Origin: a virus | Lineage: Duplodnaviria > Caudoviricetes | Direction: 5' to 3' (one strand) | DNA length: 34,626 bases | IMG/VR virus record: IMGVR_UViG_3300032254_000023 | Coordinates: 1-34,626 of that record | Shown: positions 16,751 to 25,285 of the stretch, one piece after another | Numbering within the stretch: the stretch's first letter is position 1 | Layout: every line of letters begins with the position of its first letter | Position numbers and translations under genes: made by a program | Notes under the pieces: model-generated | Databases searched by the model: none | What the model was told of the DNA's origin: nothing | What the model saw: the letters and a program-made list of their open reading frames with translations, nothing else

Positions 16751-18538
16751 TTAAACATTTGGAACCTGCATTTCTTGTCCGATCTGCATGGTTTCCGCCT
16801 GTAACTTTTGCGATTCCGATTTTGTCTTTTCAATATCGGCCTCGGTTATAGCTTGTTCTGCTTGCGCAGCCGGATCAGGCTGTTGTGCCCTTTCCTGCAA
16901 CATCTTAAGCAGCTTTTCTTTTTGTTTGGTTGGCATGACGGGGTCCGCCTCAATCAATACCTCGGGCGGGATAGTGCCAGCCGCTGCATAATTGGAAAGT
17001 GCTTGGAACATTTCACCTTGCAGCGATACTTGGTCCGGCACTTCCTCAATAATAATATCAACGTCCATGCGCTCAACGTCGTTATTCACGCCAACCTGCT
17101 CCTGCAGGCGCGGGTCATTAGGCCCGATTTGCATTTGCTGCATCATTGCTGCGGCTTCGCCTTGGGCAAGGCCAGAAAGATAATCGGCAAGCGTAATAGG
17201 CGTATTCAGCCCAACAAAACGAACATTCTTATCATCATCCGTAACCCGAACCCAGCGCTCCTCGGTCCAATATTGCCGAATACGCATCCAGATATGCCGG
17301 TAAATCGTGCGGGTGAACCGGTGTAGCTTGTCATTCATATGACCGATTTCAATCATGCCACCCTCTTGCCGGGCCTGCACCGCGCGCCCTGAAGCACTTT
17401 CGCCAGTGTCACCCTTAAGCGCAGAATTAGCGCCCATTAGGTCAATCTCGTTCTTTGCCTCCTGAAGCAAGCCAATTTGCGCGGAAATCTCAGAGCCGTT
17501 GTCTAGAATATTGAAATGATCGTCTGGACCCATTTCCAGTTCTATAATTCCATCAGGCCTTGCCAGTTCGCGCCGGACGGTGGCAGTATCAGCCACGCCT
17601 TTTGACATGGACACTTGGCGCATAACAGACTGATGCAGCGCCTTGGAGCGCCGCTTGTTAATTTCGTCTTGCGGGTCAAACATATCGCGCACAATACCGT
17701 AGCGCGAATTGTCACGATCAACATAAGCCGCCTGCATAATAAGCGGACAAACGCTTTCACCGTCTTCGTCAACGTATGGGCTTGGGCCATCTTCCAGCTT
17801 CATGCCCTTAACGAATTTGCACCAGCGCCACTCGGATTCTTCCCTATACCACATAAGGATAACCCGAACCCGCCAGCGCTTGGTGTCTAGCCACACATCG
17901 GCTGGCCTGTCGTCATAGGTGCTGCTTGTGCTGTCAGATTCAGAATACAGCCCATCAATATGGCCCTTACTCTTTGGGTAGTCCGCGATGAAATCGGCGT
18001 AATCCATCCACAGCACAACGCCTTTATATCGAGCATCGCTGAAATCTAGTTTGCGTGAATGCGGGTCATAAAACAGCCGATCCCACGGGTAATTATTAAC
18101 AACTACCTCAACCTTGCCTTTTTTATTCTGCTTGTGAACAACTTCACAAGCGCCATAGCCTGAAACCAGCATATCCTCATAGGATAGCGTTCGTAATTCA
18201 TCCCAGTCTTGGTCGTCGCAAACATAGCGGATTGCATCCGTAATGGATTCCGCGCCTGCTTGGTGCTGCGGTGTTCTTGGGAATGCTTTGGGGTCGGTGC
18301 GCTGCTTAATTTCCAAGCCGACAAGCCATTCCACCTTTCGGCGCACCCTGTTAATAACAACAGGCGGCTGGCCGCGTTTTTTAAGCGCCGAGACTTCGTC
18401 CTTTGTTAACTGCTTGCCGTTGATGTAATCCCGCGCGCGTTCAGCCTCGGTCCGAGCGTCAATCGTCGCATCTTCAGAGGCGGAAAACCAACCCTGCAGC
18501 CTTTCAACCGACGTTTTTTCTTTTATGCTGTCTTCCAA
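16751..18538 (-). CDS. Portal protein (P22-like)
   Basis: DYINGKQL..RGQPPVVINR, YGIVRDMFDPQDEINKRRSK and SGRAVQARQ motifs. Confidence 0.9.
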   Translation of the reverse strand: MEDSIKEKTSVERLQGWFSASEDATIDARTEAERARDYINGKQLTKDEVSALKKRGQPPVVINRVRRKVEWLVGLEIKQRTDPKAFPRTPQHQAGAESITDAIRYVCDDQDWDELRTLSYEDMLVSGYGACEVVHKQNKKGKVEVVVNNYPWDRLFYDPHSRKLDFSDARYKGVVLWMDYADFIADYPKSKGHIDGLYSESDSTSSTYDDRPADVWLDTKRWRVRVILMWYREESEWRWCKFVKGMKLEDGPSPYVDEDGESVCPLIMQAAYVDRDNSRYGIVRDMFDPQDEINKRRSKALHQSVMRQVSMSKGVADTATVRRELARPDGIIELEMGPDDHFNILDNGSEISAQIGLLQEAKNEIDLMGANSALKGDTGESASGRAVQARQEGGMIEIGHMNDKLHRFTRTIYRHIWMRIRQYWTEERWVRVTDDDKNVRFVGLNTPITLADYLSGLAQGEAAAMMQQMQIGPNDPRLQEQVGVNNDVERMDVDIIIEEVPDQVSLQGEMFQALSNYAAAGTIPPEVLIEADPVMPTKQKEKLLKMLQERAQQPDPAAQAEQAITEADIEKTKSESQKLQAETMQIGQEMQVPNV

Positions 18539-19776
18539 TTGCTGCCCTCGTCATTACGGCTGCGGTATCTAGTTACCCCACTGTTACCAACAACCGGCTT
18601 CATAGTCAACTTGCCTTTTCGGTGGCATCCTTCTACCGCATAGCGGAGAGCATCAATTATATGGTTGTTAGCGTCCTCGGCCACCGGCAGTATTTCACCT
18701 GTTCGCTTGTCGGTTTTGTATGAATATTTTCTAAACTCGTCCAGCGTGTGAACGCAGGATGGATGAACCACAATATCAAAACTTTGTAAAAATGTAATGC
18801 CGTCTTTAATCGAGCCGCTGCCCTTTTTGGCCCCGCGAATTTTCCTAAAGCCGTGCCGCCTTACATAATCTATGGTTTCAGGCCTCGCGCTGTCTGTCGT
18901 TAGCGGCCACTTAACCACGTCAGGCAAGCCGTCAATCAGAACAGGGAGCCGCTCAGTAGGCACGCCGACCTCGTAAACCTCAGCATCGATATAAAGAACA
19001 TCGCCCATTATGCAGCACCTTACGCCCGCTGCAGGGTCAGCAGCAAAACCCCAATCCATACCATAAAACCAAACCACGTTTTCTGGCGGGCTTAAAACAT
19101 CGCTGGTCACGTTCTTGAATATCTGCCGCTCGGATAGATTAACATAGCTGCCGAGCCAAATGTGATTATAAGCATCAATGTCCTTGCGTTTGGCCCTTTC
19201 CGCCAGCTCAATCATGCTTTTAGGCACAAACGGGTTTTCCGGGTAATTCACATGCACAAGGGCCGCGTCTTCATTGTTTTTGAATAATTCTTCAACCGGG
19301 TCATCGTCATACTGCGGGTTCCAGCTAAATAATATCTCACAACCTTCTTTCCGCATCGTCGGGTCTAGCAGATCAAGGCTGCGCTTGCTGAGCGACTGCG
19401 CTTCCTCACACCAAGCTGTGTCAAAGCCTTCCAGTGATTTAACGCTTTCCGCTGTGTGATCCTGCATACCTTGAAATATAATTATTCCACCGCCGGGGCA
19501 GTGTATTTCTGTTGCCTGAATATCAAACATATGGCCAACGCCTAAAGCCTTGATTTTATCCTCAAGCAATTGTTTAGCGGAAAATTTAAGAGATTTCTGA
19601 ACCTCACGAATACAAACAGTTCGATGACCCTGAAATCTGACGTGATTCTCAATGACATATTCAGCAATAAACCACGATTTGCCAGACGCCCTGCCACCTT
19701 TCGCGCCCTTATAGCGCTTATCGCACAAAAGCGGCAGCGCCCATCTAGGAGTCAGTATCTGTAATGTTTGGGTCAA
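18523..19776 (-). CDS. terL: Terminase large subunit (PBSX-like)
   Basis: GGRASGKS Walker A; WCEEAQ Walker B; SWNP; GMDWGF and NHIIDALRYA nuclease motifs. Confidence 0.95.
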   Translation of the reverse strand: MTQTLQILTPRWALPLLCDKRYKGAKGGRASGKSWFIAEYVIENHVRFQGHRTVCIREVQKSLKFSAKQLLEDKIKALGVGHMFDIQATEIHCPGGGIIIFQGMQDHTAESVKSLEGFDTAWCEEAQSLSKRSLDLLDPTMRKEGCEILFSWNPQYDDDPVEELFKNNEDAALVHVNYPENPFVPKSMIELAERAKRKDIDAYNHIWLGSYVNLSERQIFKNVTSDVLSPPENVVWFYGMDWGFAADPAAGVRCCIMGDVLYIDAEVYEVGVPTERLPVLIDGLPDVVKWPLTTDSARPETIDYVRRHGFRKIRGAKKGSGSIKDGITFLQSFDIVVHPSCVHTLDEFRKYSYKTDKRTGEILPVAEDANNHIIDALRYAVEGCHRKGKLTMKPVVGNSGVTRYRSRNDEGSNWKTA

Positions 19777-20047
19777 TTATGGTTCTCTCTACCGCTCGAG
19801 GACTCATAGATTTATCGCTCGATGTGTGGTCAACAGCCTGTCTGGGCTTTCCGTCAACCCTATCGCCAAGCTCTTTCATGGCTTGCAAATCGCCATCCGC
19901 AGCCATCGCAACACACCGATCAGCGATAATTTCAAGCCATCGCGGCGAGCCTTTTCCTTTACTTTCCCGCATCATAGCACGGTCCAAAGCCGCCGCCCAT
20001 GAACCTGAATGCGGCTGTCTTCCAGATTTACCTTTAATGCCTGCCAT
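19745..20047 (-). CDS. terS: Terminase small subunit (putative)
   Basis: KGKSGR N-terminus and AMKELGDRVDGKPRQ motif; immediately upstream of terL. Confidence 0.7.
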   Translation of the reverse strand: MAGIKGKSGRQPHSGSWAAALDRAMMRESKGKGSPRWLEIIADRCVAMAADGDLQAMKELGDRVDGKPRQAVDHTSSDKSMSPRAVERTIIDPNITDTDS

Positions 20048-20096
20048 TATAAATCAACCAGTCTTTTGTTCCACTTGATAAATGTCGATTCGACTT

Positions 20097-20405
20097 TCAT
20101 CTTCCATAATCGCCGCCACTGCCTAGATAATCTGCTTCGAGGCCGGGCATGATAAGCACTCTTTCAGACTTAACCACGGTCTTTACACCTGAAACATCTT
20201 TGATAATTTCGACACGCCCGCGACCTGTTGAGCCGTCTGACCATTGGTCATTGCCAACTGTGATCGTGACGTTTGGCGCGCTTTCGGTTACTGTTGTTTT
20301 CAGATAGCGGTTTTTTGCGTCAACAAATTTTGCAGTATATGCCTCACCAGCGGACCCGACATCGTAAGTCAGCGAAACGTCAGCGCCAGCATAAACCCGG
20401 TTCAT
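20097..20405 (-). CDS. Beta-sandwich hypothetical protein (late operon)
   Basis: 102 aa, beta-rich, ATGA-coupled to the upstream gene. Confidence 0.65.
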   Translation of the reverse strand: MNRVYAGADVSLTYDVGSAGEAYTAKFVDAKNRYLKTTVTESAPNVTITVGNDQWSDGSTGRGRVEIIKDVSGVKTVVKSERVLIMPGLEADYLGSGGDYGR

Positions 20406-20698
20406 GCGTCAATGACCGCAATTTTATCCCCGACATTTACTGCAAGTGATACGCGCTCACCGTCCAGGATTAGGATAGACGTTGCGTCAGCTACCGCTGT
20501 TGGAGAAGACCCGGCGGAGATGTATACGTTTCCGCCTGTGTTAGTGATCATTACCACTTCGTCACCTTGCTTGGCAGCGATAGTGGTTGCCGCCGTTGTT
20601 GCGCCTGATGTGATAATTTCATTTGAGGAAAAACCCGCCGACATGACAGGGATTTTTGTAACTGGCACTCGGCCAAACATTATTTGAACTGTAGACAT
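20402..20698 (-). CDS. Small jelly-roll-like virion protein (possible capsid decoration/spike base)
   Basis: 98 aa, beta-rich, VYISAGSSPTA...GDKIAVID; first gene after the late promoter; AAGGTGA RBS. Confidence 0.6.
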   Translation of the reverse strand: MSTVQIMFGRVPVTKIPVMSAGFSSNEIITSGATTAATTIAAKQGDEVVMITNTGGNVYISAGSSPTAVADATSILILDGERVSLAVNVGDKIAVIDA

Positions 20699-20727
20699 TG
20701 CAGATCACCTTTTAATTGGTTGTCTAG

Positions 20728-20755
20728 ATATTACCACACCCTAGCCAAAAAGCAA
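20728..20755 (-). promoter_or_regulatory. Putative late-operon sigma70-type promoter
   Basis: TTGCTT-N16-TAATAT with TG extended -10, just downstream of a terminator. Confidence 0.55.
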
Positions 20756-20762
20756 GCACAGC

Positions 20763-20788
20763 AAAAAAGGACCCGCGTGAGCGGGCCC
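20763..20788 (-). terminator. Rho-independent terminator
   Basis: GGGCCCGC-TCAC-GCGGGTCC followed by T6 on the minus strand. Confidence 0.85.
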
Positions 20789-20848
20789 AGTTAATCGTTT
20801 AGAGGAAACGAGCGCGAAAAACCAACAAGGAAAAAAGCACCGCGCTCA
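20763..20848 (-). ncRNA. Candidate ~85-nt small regulatory RNA with anti-SD loops
   Basis: Own promoter (TTGCGT-N16-TAGTAT, 20881-20854), three hairpins, terminator; loops contain UUCCUU and CCUCU. Confidence 0.55.
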
Positions 20849-20872
20849 CAGGTATACTAGCACACTGGTTAT

Positions 20873-21244
20873 TTAACGCAAGACCCGCACTTCAACTTTT
20901 TCCATAGCGTCACCTTCAACCTCGTCCGGGTGCAGCAACTGCCCGCCTTTCAGCCGATACCAAATCTCCGGTTCTGGCGGGGTTCGCTTGACGCGGTAGG
21001 CTCCATCGAAATCCCAGTCCAGAATAACCGAATCCACGATTGGCATCCCTCCATCTGAAAGCAACGCCTGCACCATTACTCGCTCTGTGATTGGACATTC
21101 CCCACCGTTCCAGCCAATCCACGGGCCCCACTCAGGCTCCGGCTCCGGTGCGGCGCGCAGCATTTCGATTGCGGCCTCTGTTAACGGCCCATAGTATGAG
21201 TCTTTAAGCCACTCAATCACTTCCTGCTTTGTTGGTTTGGCCAT
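20873..21244 (-). CDS. Hypothetical phage protein
   Basis: AGGAG RBS before ATG 21244; WGPWIGWNGGECP...AYRV motif recurrent in phages. Confidence 0.75.
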   Translation of the reverse strand: MAKPTKQEVIEWLKDSYYGPLTEAAIEMLRAAPEPEPEWGPWIGWNGGECPITERVMVQALLSDGGMPIVDSVILDWDFDGAYRVKRTPPEPEIWYRLKGGQLLHPDEVEGDAMEKVEVRVLR

Positions 21245-21414
21245 TTCATTCTCCTTTCCGGGCGCTGCTCTGACATTTGAAAGCAGGCCGATCCATGAAT
21301 TTCTCTGCACGACTCCTCGGTTGCGTATGTAATTACCGCAAAATCATAATCACGCTGTTCAACTGGCCCAGATAGGCTCCAGACCATAACGCCAGCGGCC
21401 CATACGCTAATCAT
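21217..21414 (-). CDS. Hypothetical protein with hydrophobic N-terminus
   Basis: MISVWAAGVMVWSL...YATEESC; overlaps the HNH stop. Confidence 0.55.
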   Translation of the reverse strand: MISVWAAGVMVWSLSGPVEQRDYDFAVITYATEESCREIHGSACFQMSEQRPERRMKWPNQQSRK

Positions 21415-21976
21415 TTCGATCACCATGATTTGCGTGGAAGCCATATTTAACCTCAGCAGCCTTACGAACTATTGCAGCGGCGCTCTTGCAGTCGAAATAT
21501 CCAAGGCTTTTCATCCTACCATCAACCTTAATCTGGGCACGCCAGTTTTTATCTCGCTTGTTCCACACAACACCCGTTATTCCGCTAGTATTTGCTCTGC
21601 ATATCCGTTTGTTCCGCTGGTTCTCAGCATGTGTAACCACCCTAAGATTGCTAATTTTATTGTCATACTTGATGCCGTTAATGTGATCAATTTGGTCATT
21701 AGGCCATTCGCCATAAAACAGCGCCCACATTACTCGATGGGCATAATATATTTTCCCAAAAATCGCCACGCGCTTATAGCTCTTGATGTCATCTGAAGTG
21801 AAAGCCTCTTTTCCGCCATGCCTAGTGTTCCACGATCTGCAAGATGAATCTCGCCCACCTGAAGCCCCACCATTAAACATGTCCGAGGTTCGTTTACGCC
21901 AAAATAATAGACCAGTGTCAGGATCGTACCTTAACAACTTGCGTAACAGTTCAGGTGGTGGTAAGTATTTCGTCAT
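21407..21976 (-). CDS. HNH homing endonuclease with AP2 domain
   Basis: LLRYDPDTG, YYAHRVMW, IDHINGIKYDNKISNLR (HNH_3) and SGITGV.W...WRAQI...LGYF (AP2) motifs. Confidence 0.93.
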   Translation of the reverse strand: MTKYLPPPELLRKLLRYDPDTGLLFWRKRTSDMFNGGASGGRDSSCRSWNTRHGGKEAFTSDDIKSYKRVAIFGKIYYAHRVMWALFYGEWPNDQIDHINGIKYDNKISNLRVVTHAENQRNKRICRANTSGITGVVWNKRDKNWRAQIKVDGRMKSLGYFDCKSAAAIVRKAAEVKYGFHANHGDRND

Positions 21977-22029
21977 CGGCTAGTCCTTTAGCTGGTCATA
22001 GGTCAGGGTGTTCGCGCACCGCTGACCTT

Positions 22030-22058
22030 TTTATATTCAAACAACTAGACCAAGTCAA
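22030..22058 (-). promoter_or_regulatory. Sigma70 promoter for the HNH gene, with leader hairpin at 22000-22028
   Basis: TTGACT-N17-TATAAA; AGGTCAG...CTGACCT inverted repeat downstream. Confidence 0.65.
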
Positions 22059-22108
22059 GTTCATGGTCTTCAGGAAGCGGCCCGCGTTGGCAGGCCGTAA
22101 CCAAAAGA

Positions 22109-22300
22109 TCAATTGCGAAGGCGGTCAAAGTTAGAAGTGTCGCTGGCGAGGTTGAAACCGCCATAATATTTTGCCACTAAGCGGATTGTGTTTTGGTTTT
22201 CGCCTAAAACAAGTGGCGCGTCTGATTTATCGGCTATCGCTTTCATATCTGTAATATTCATCAGGTGCGTTGTATTTTCGCGGGCTTGATCGATGTTCAT
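22109..22300 (-). CDS. Hypothetical protein (possibly frameshift-truncated)
   Basis: Strong AAAGGAGAG RBS and own promoter; 63 aa. Confidence 0.6.
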   Translation of the reverse strand: MNIDQARENTTHLMNITDMKAIADKSDAPLVLGENQNTIRLVAKYYGGFNLASDTSNFDRLRN

Positions 22301-22332
22301 CTTGTCTCTCCTTTGTTTCTCTCTATACCTTT

Positions 22333-22361
22333 AATATAGTGTAGGTTACTACACATTACAA
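22333..22361 (-). promoter_or_regulatory. Promoter with a palindromic operator in its spacer
   Basis: TTGTAA-N17-TATATT; spacer holds GTGTAG-N4-CTACAC (22339-22354). Confidence 0.6.
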
Positions 22362-22379
22362 GATTTTATTTGCTATTGT

Positions 22380-22708
22380 GTGTAATTAATTTAGTAGGTA
22401 GTGGCCGATAGTAAAAAAATCGAGGAATTTACTAGCTACTTTACTACTTACTTAACCCTTATAAATAAGGGTATTACTAGTATATATATAGTGTAAATAG
22501 TTAATAGTAATGACCTCTCTCTGTCTTTGTGAGAAAATGAAAAAATCAGTATAAGCCCCCCCCAATTTTACTTCTTACTTTTATGTCTATCTATAGAACT
22601 AGCTACTATCTACTATCCACTATCCACTTAATTAAGTAAAAACAAACACTTACGCCGAAAAAGTAGCTAGTAAAACAGGCCAAAAGTAGCTAGTAGATAG
22701 TAAAGTTT
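22380..22708. other. Putative replication origin
   Basis: AT-rich non-coding stretch directly downstream of the prim-pol; four ACTAGCTACT copies (two per strand) and several palindromes. Confidence 0.7.
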
Positions 22709-25015
22709 TTACGATTTTAGCCGATATTTGGACCATTTCTTCTTATTGAACTTGTTTTCGCCGGTCTCAACCTCTGCCGTGCCTTTTTGAACCATTTCAA
22801 CCAAAGCGGCATCAACATCAGCATTTTTCACCCCCCTGCACCGATTTCTGACCTCGCCTTGAGGCACCCAGTCGTCGGCAATGTAGTTTGCAATGCGGGC
22901 CATAAGCGCCAATTTAGGCGCGTCTTTAACCCTGTCATTCGCTGTTACAAGCCGCATTTTTTCTTCTACGTCGCGCCGCACAAGTGCAAACGCCCATCGC
23001 ACATGCTCGCTGCTGCGAACACCTTCAGCTACGGCCAGAATCGTGGACACCTTGCTAACGATTTCATAAGCCCCGAGCCACAGCGATTCCAGACCAGTGA
23101 TCGACTTATGTTCAATCGCCTGATCTTCGAACCAGTCTAGCGCATCATCCAGCATATCGCTGGCGTTGTCGCTTGTTGGCAATTCGACCCGTGGCGCATA
23201 ATTCTCGACCCGAGCATATGGCGATTGATCATATTCACCGCCCTGATAAATCGAGATCAAACTAAGCTCCATTTCTGGCGGCATTTTGCGGGCCTTAAAG
23301 CGCCGTTTCGACCTTGGCGCGGTGTCGCGCTCGTTAAACAGCAAGGAACGCCCTATAAAGCCGTTTGTGGCGCTCTGATAGTCAACCAGCTCATCGAATG
23401 TGACTGGCGTTGTAAAACCCATCAGTGACAAGAACGGGCGGTCCAACCCGCCGTCTATGCCGTTCAGGGTTTTTGTAAGCGCCTCAATAGCGCGTTCCGC
23501 CCCGGCCAGCGCCTCGTTGTTTTCGATTTTCTTTTGTAGCTGGATTATTTCACGGGCAAGACCGGCGCGGACATCCTCTTTTGCATCACCGGTTAGCAGC
23601 ATTGTGCTGTTAGCTTTGGAATAGGCAGACATAAGCGCGCCGATCACCCCATCCAGATAAGCCGCGCCGCCTGATTTTTGCGCGTTCTTGATCTTGCCTA
23701 AAAATATGCCGATTTCATCAATCACATAAACCGCCGCTTGGTGGCGGGTGAGGTTGCGGGTTATTTCCTGTTCGGATTTAATCGCGCCATGCGCTGCCGG
23801 TGCCATGCCCGCAACGCGGTGTATTTTATTAACCGCCTGCATAATGGCCTCCTTGCCGGTTCTGGAACCCGCTATGCCAAAAGCGAAAAGGTTGGTGGTA
23901 ACGTTGTCGCGCTCGTCCATATAGCGCAGGCCCGCTATGTTACCAATGGCCACCAAAGCACCAGCCACGGCGAGGGTTTCCCGTGGGCGGCGCGACTGGT
24001 CTTCAATCCAGTTGGCAACCGTGCCAACAAAACCGGGTGGCTGTTTTAGGTCAATGCCGGAAATGTCAAACGGCAAACCATGCGGTGCGGGTTCGTCAAA
24101 AACAATGTCAGATTGAAATGAAACCGGCGCTTCCCAGCCGTTTTCCTGCGCGTAATGTGCCAAGGTGCCGAGCGTCACCGGGTTGGCTGATTTGCCAAAA
24201 GACCACCAACGCTTTTCAAGTGCCTGTGTGCCGGGGTATTTTGCGCCTTTCGATGACCACGCATCCCAAACGTCAAAACCGGTGCCACCCGTAGCATGAT
24301 GCGCCGCCATGCCAGCGCGCACCCACACTTCGTGGTCACTGTCGGGGTCAATATGGGAAAGCATGTCAGCAACGTCAGCGTGGGATATGTCAACAGAATG
24401 ACCGTCAAAATCCGTGCGGTGAAATTCATGGCGGGCCAACAAGTCCAGCAATTCTTGCGGGGCAGGCTCAATATCGGCTGGCGACCCGATGCCGACCTCG
24501 TATGTGTTGCCGCTGGCGTGTAGGGAACCGGGACCAACAACAAAACCGGAAGACTTGAAATCGATTCCCTTGTAGGCGTCCAAGTGCTGCACAAGCGATA
24601 GGTCGGCCGGAATGCTGAAATATAGGTGCTTTGAGCCACCGCCTGACCCGGTGTTAACGATTAAACCAGCGGCCGCCACCGAGGGCACGTCTTCCAGCAA
24701 GTCGCTGTAGGAATCCACACCGCCGTTGCGAGCGTCAATGTCAATCACCAACAAACCGCGCACAAGAACACCGTAGCCCGTGCGAAGCTGGCCGGTCATT
24801 TCCATGACCTCGATTTGCTCGTCGGACCAGTCTGGCGTGTGCTGCCAGTTGGAGGCTACCGGATGCTTGTATGCGGCTTTGCAATCTGGATTGCCGCAGG
24901 CGCAATTGCCCTTGCGGTCAGCGCCGTTAAGGCCAAAAATACGATAACCGGATTCTATAAAATCCTGATAAAGCAGGTTTGCGGGTTGGGGAACGCCCAT
25001 CGGAATAACACTCAA
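22709..25015 (-). CDS. Bifunctional primase-polymerase with PriCT-2 and helicase-like C-terminal domain
   Basis: CACGNPDC..KHP; LVIDIDARNGG; TGSGGGSKHLYF; GIDFK..GFVVGPGSLH; WVRAGMA..WDAWS (PriCT-2); AGSRTGKE and IDEIG. Confidence 0.9.
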   Translation of the reverse strand: MSVIPMGVPQPANLLYQDFIESGYRIFGLNGADRKGNCACGNPDCKAAYKHPVASNWQHTPDWSDEQIEVMEMTGQLRTGYGVLVRGLLVIDIDARNGGVDSYSDLLEDVPSVAAAGLIVNTGSGGGSKHLYFSIPADLSLVQHLDAYKGIDFKSSGFVVGPGSLHASGNTYEVGIGSPADIEPAPQELLDLLARHEFHRTDFDGHSVDISHADVADMLSHIDPDSDHEVWVRAGMAAHHATGGTGFDVWDAWSSKGAKYPGTQALEKRWWSFGKSANPVTLGTLAHYAQENGWEAPVSFQSDIVFDEPAPHGLPFDISGIDLKQPPGFVGTVANWIEDQSRRPRETLAVAGALVAIGNIAGLRYMDERDNVTTNLFAFGIAGSRTGKEAIMQAVNKIHRVAGMAPAAHGAIKSEQEITRNLTRHQAAVYVIDEIGIFLGKIKNAQKSGGAAYLDGVIGALMSAYSKANSTMLLTGDAKEDVRAGLAREIIQLQKKIENNEALAGAERAIEALTKTLNGIDGGLDRPFLSLMGFTTPVTFDELVDYQSATNGFIGRSLLFNERDTAPRSKRRFKARKMPPEMELSLISIYQGGEYDQSPYARVENYAPRVELPTSDNASDMLDDALDWFEDQAIEHKSITGLESLWLGAYEIVSKVSTILAVAEGVRSSEHVRWAFALVRRDVEEKMRLVTANDRVKDAPKLALMARIANYIADDWVPQGEVRNRCRGVKNADVDAALVEMVQKGTAEVETGENKFNKKKWSKYRLKS

Positions 25016-25185
25016 TTTTCCGACTGCGTTAGATATTCATCCAGCGCCTTAAGCGTGTTATAGGATGGCGTTCCATCCATATCCGCTACGCGCTTGACTG
25101 TTGGATAACTAAGGCCCGTTTTGAAAGCAACAAACGTCAATCGGCGGTCCTTTAGTTTTTGGCTTATTTCTTCGTGAGTGCGCAT
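25012..25185 (-). CDS. Cro-like HTH protein, 57 aa (not in ORF track)
   Basis: MRTHEEISQKLKDRRLTFVAFKTGLSYPTVKRVADMDGTPSYNTLKALDEYLTQSEN; TTGA overlap with the prim-pol start. Confidence 0.8.
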   Translation of the reverse strand: MRTHEEISQKLKDRRLTFVAFKTGLSYPTVKRVADMDGTPSYNTLKALDEYLTQSEN

Positions 25186-25221
25186 TTTCTTGCCTTTTTG
25201 TTAAATAATGTATTACCCCTA

Positions 25222-25251
25222 TTGACTAGCTTAATTAATGGTGCTAGTCAA
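25222..25251. promoter_or_regulatory. Symmetric divergent promoter/operator
   Basis: TTGACTAGC-N12-GCTAGTCAA gives TTGACT-N17-TAGTCA on both strands. Confidence 0.65.
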
Positions 25252-25285
25252 GGGGTGCAGAAAGAGAAACAGAAAGGACTAGACT

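Noticed and set aside
20700-20880. CtrA boxes (TTAA-N7-TTAA) in control regions
   Set aside because: I checked the main intergenic regions by eye and found only half-sites
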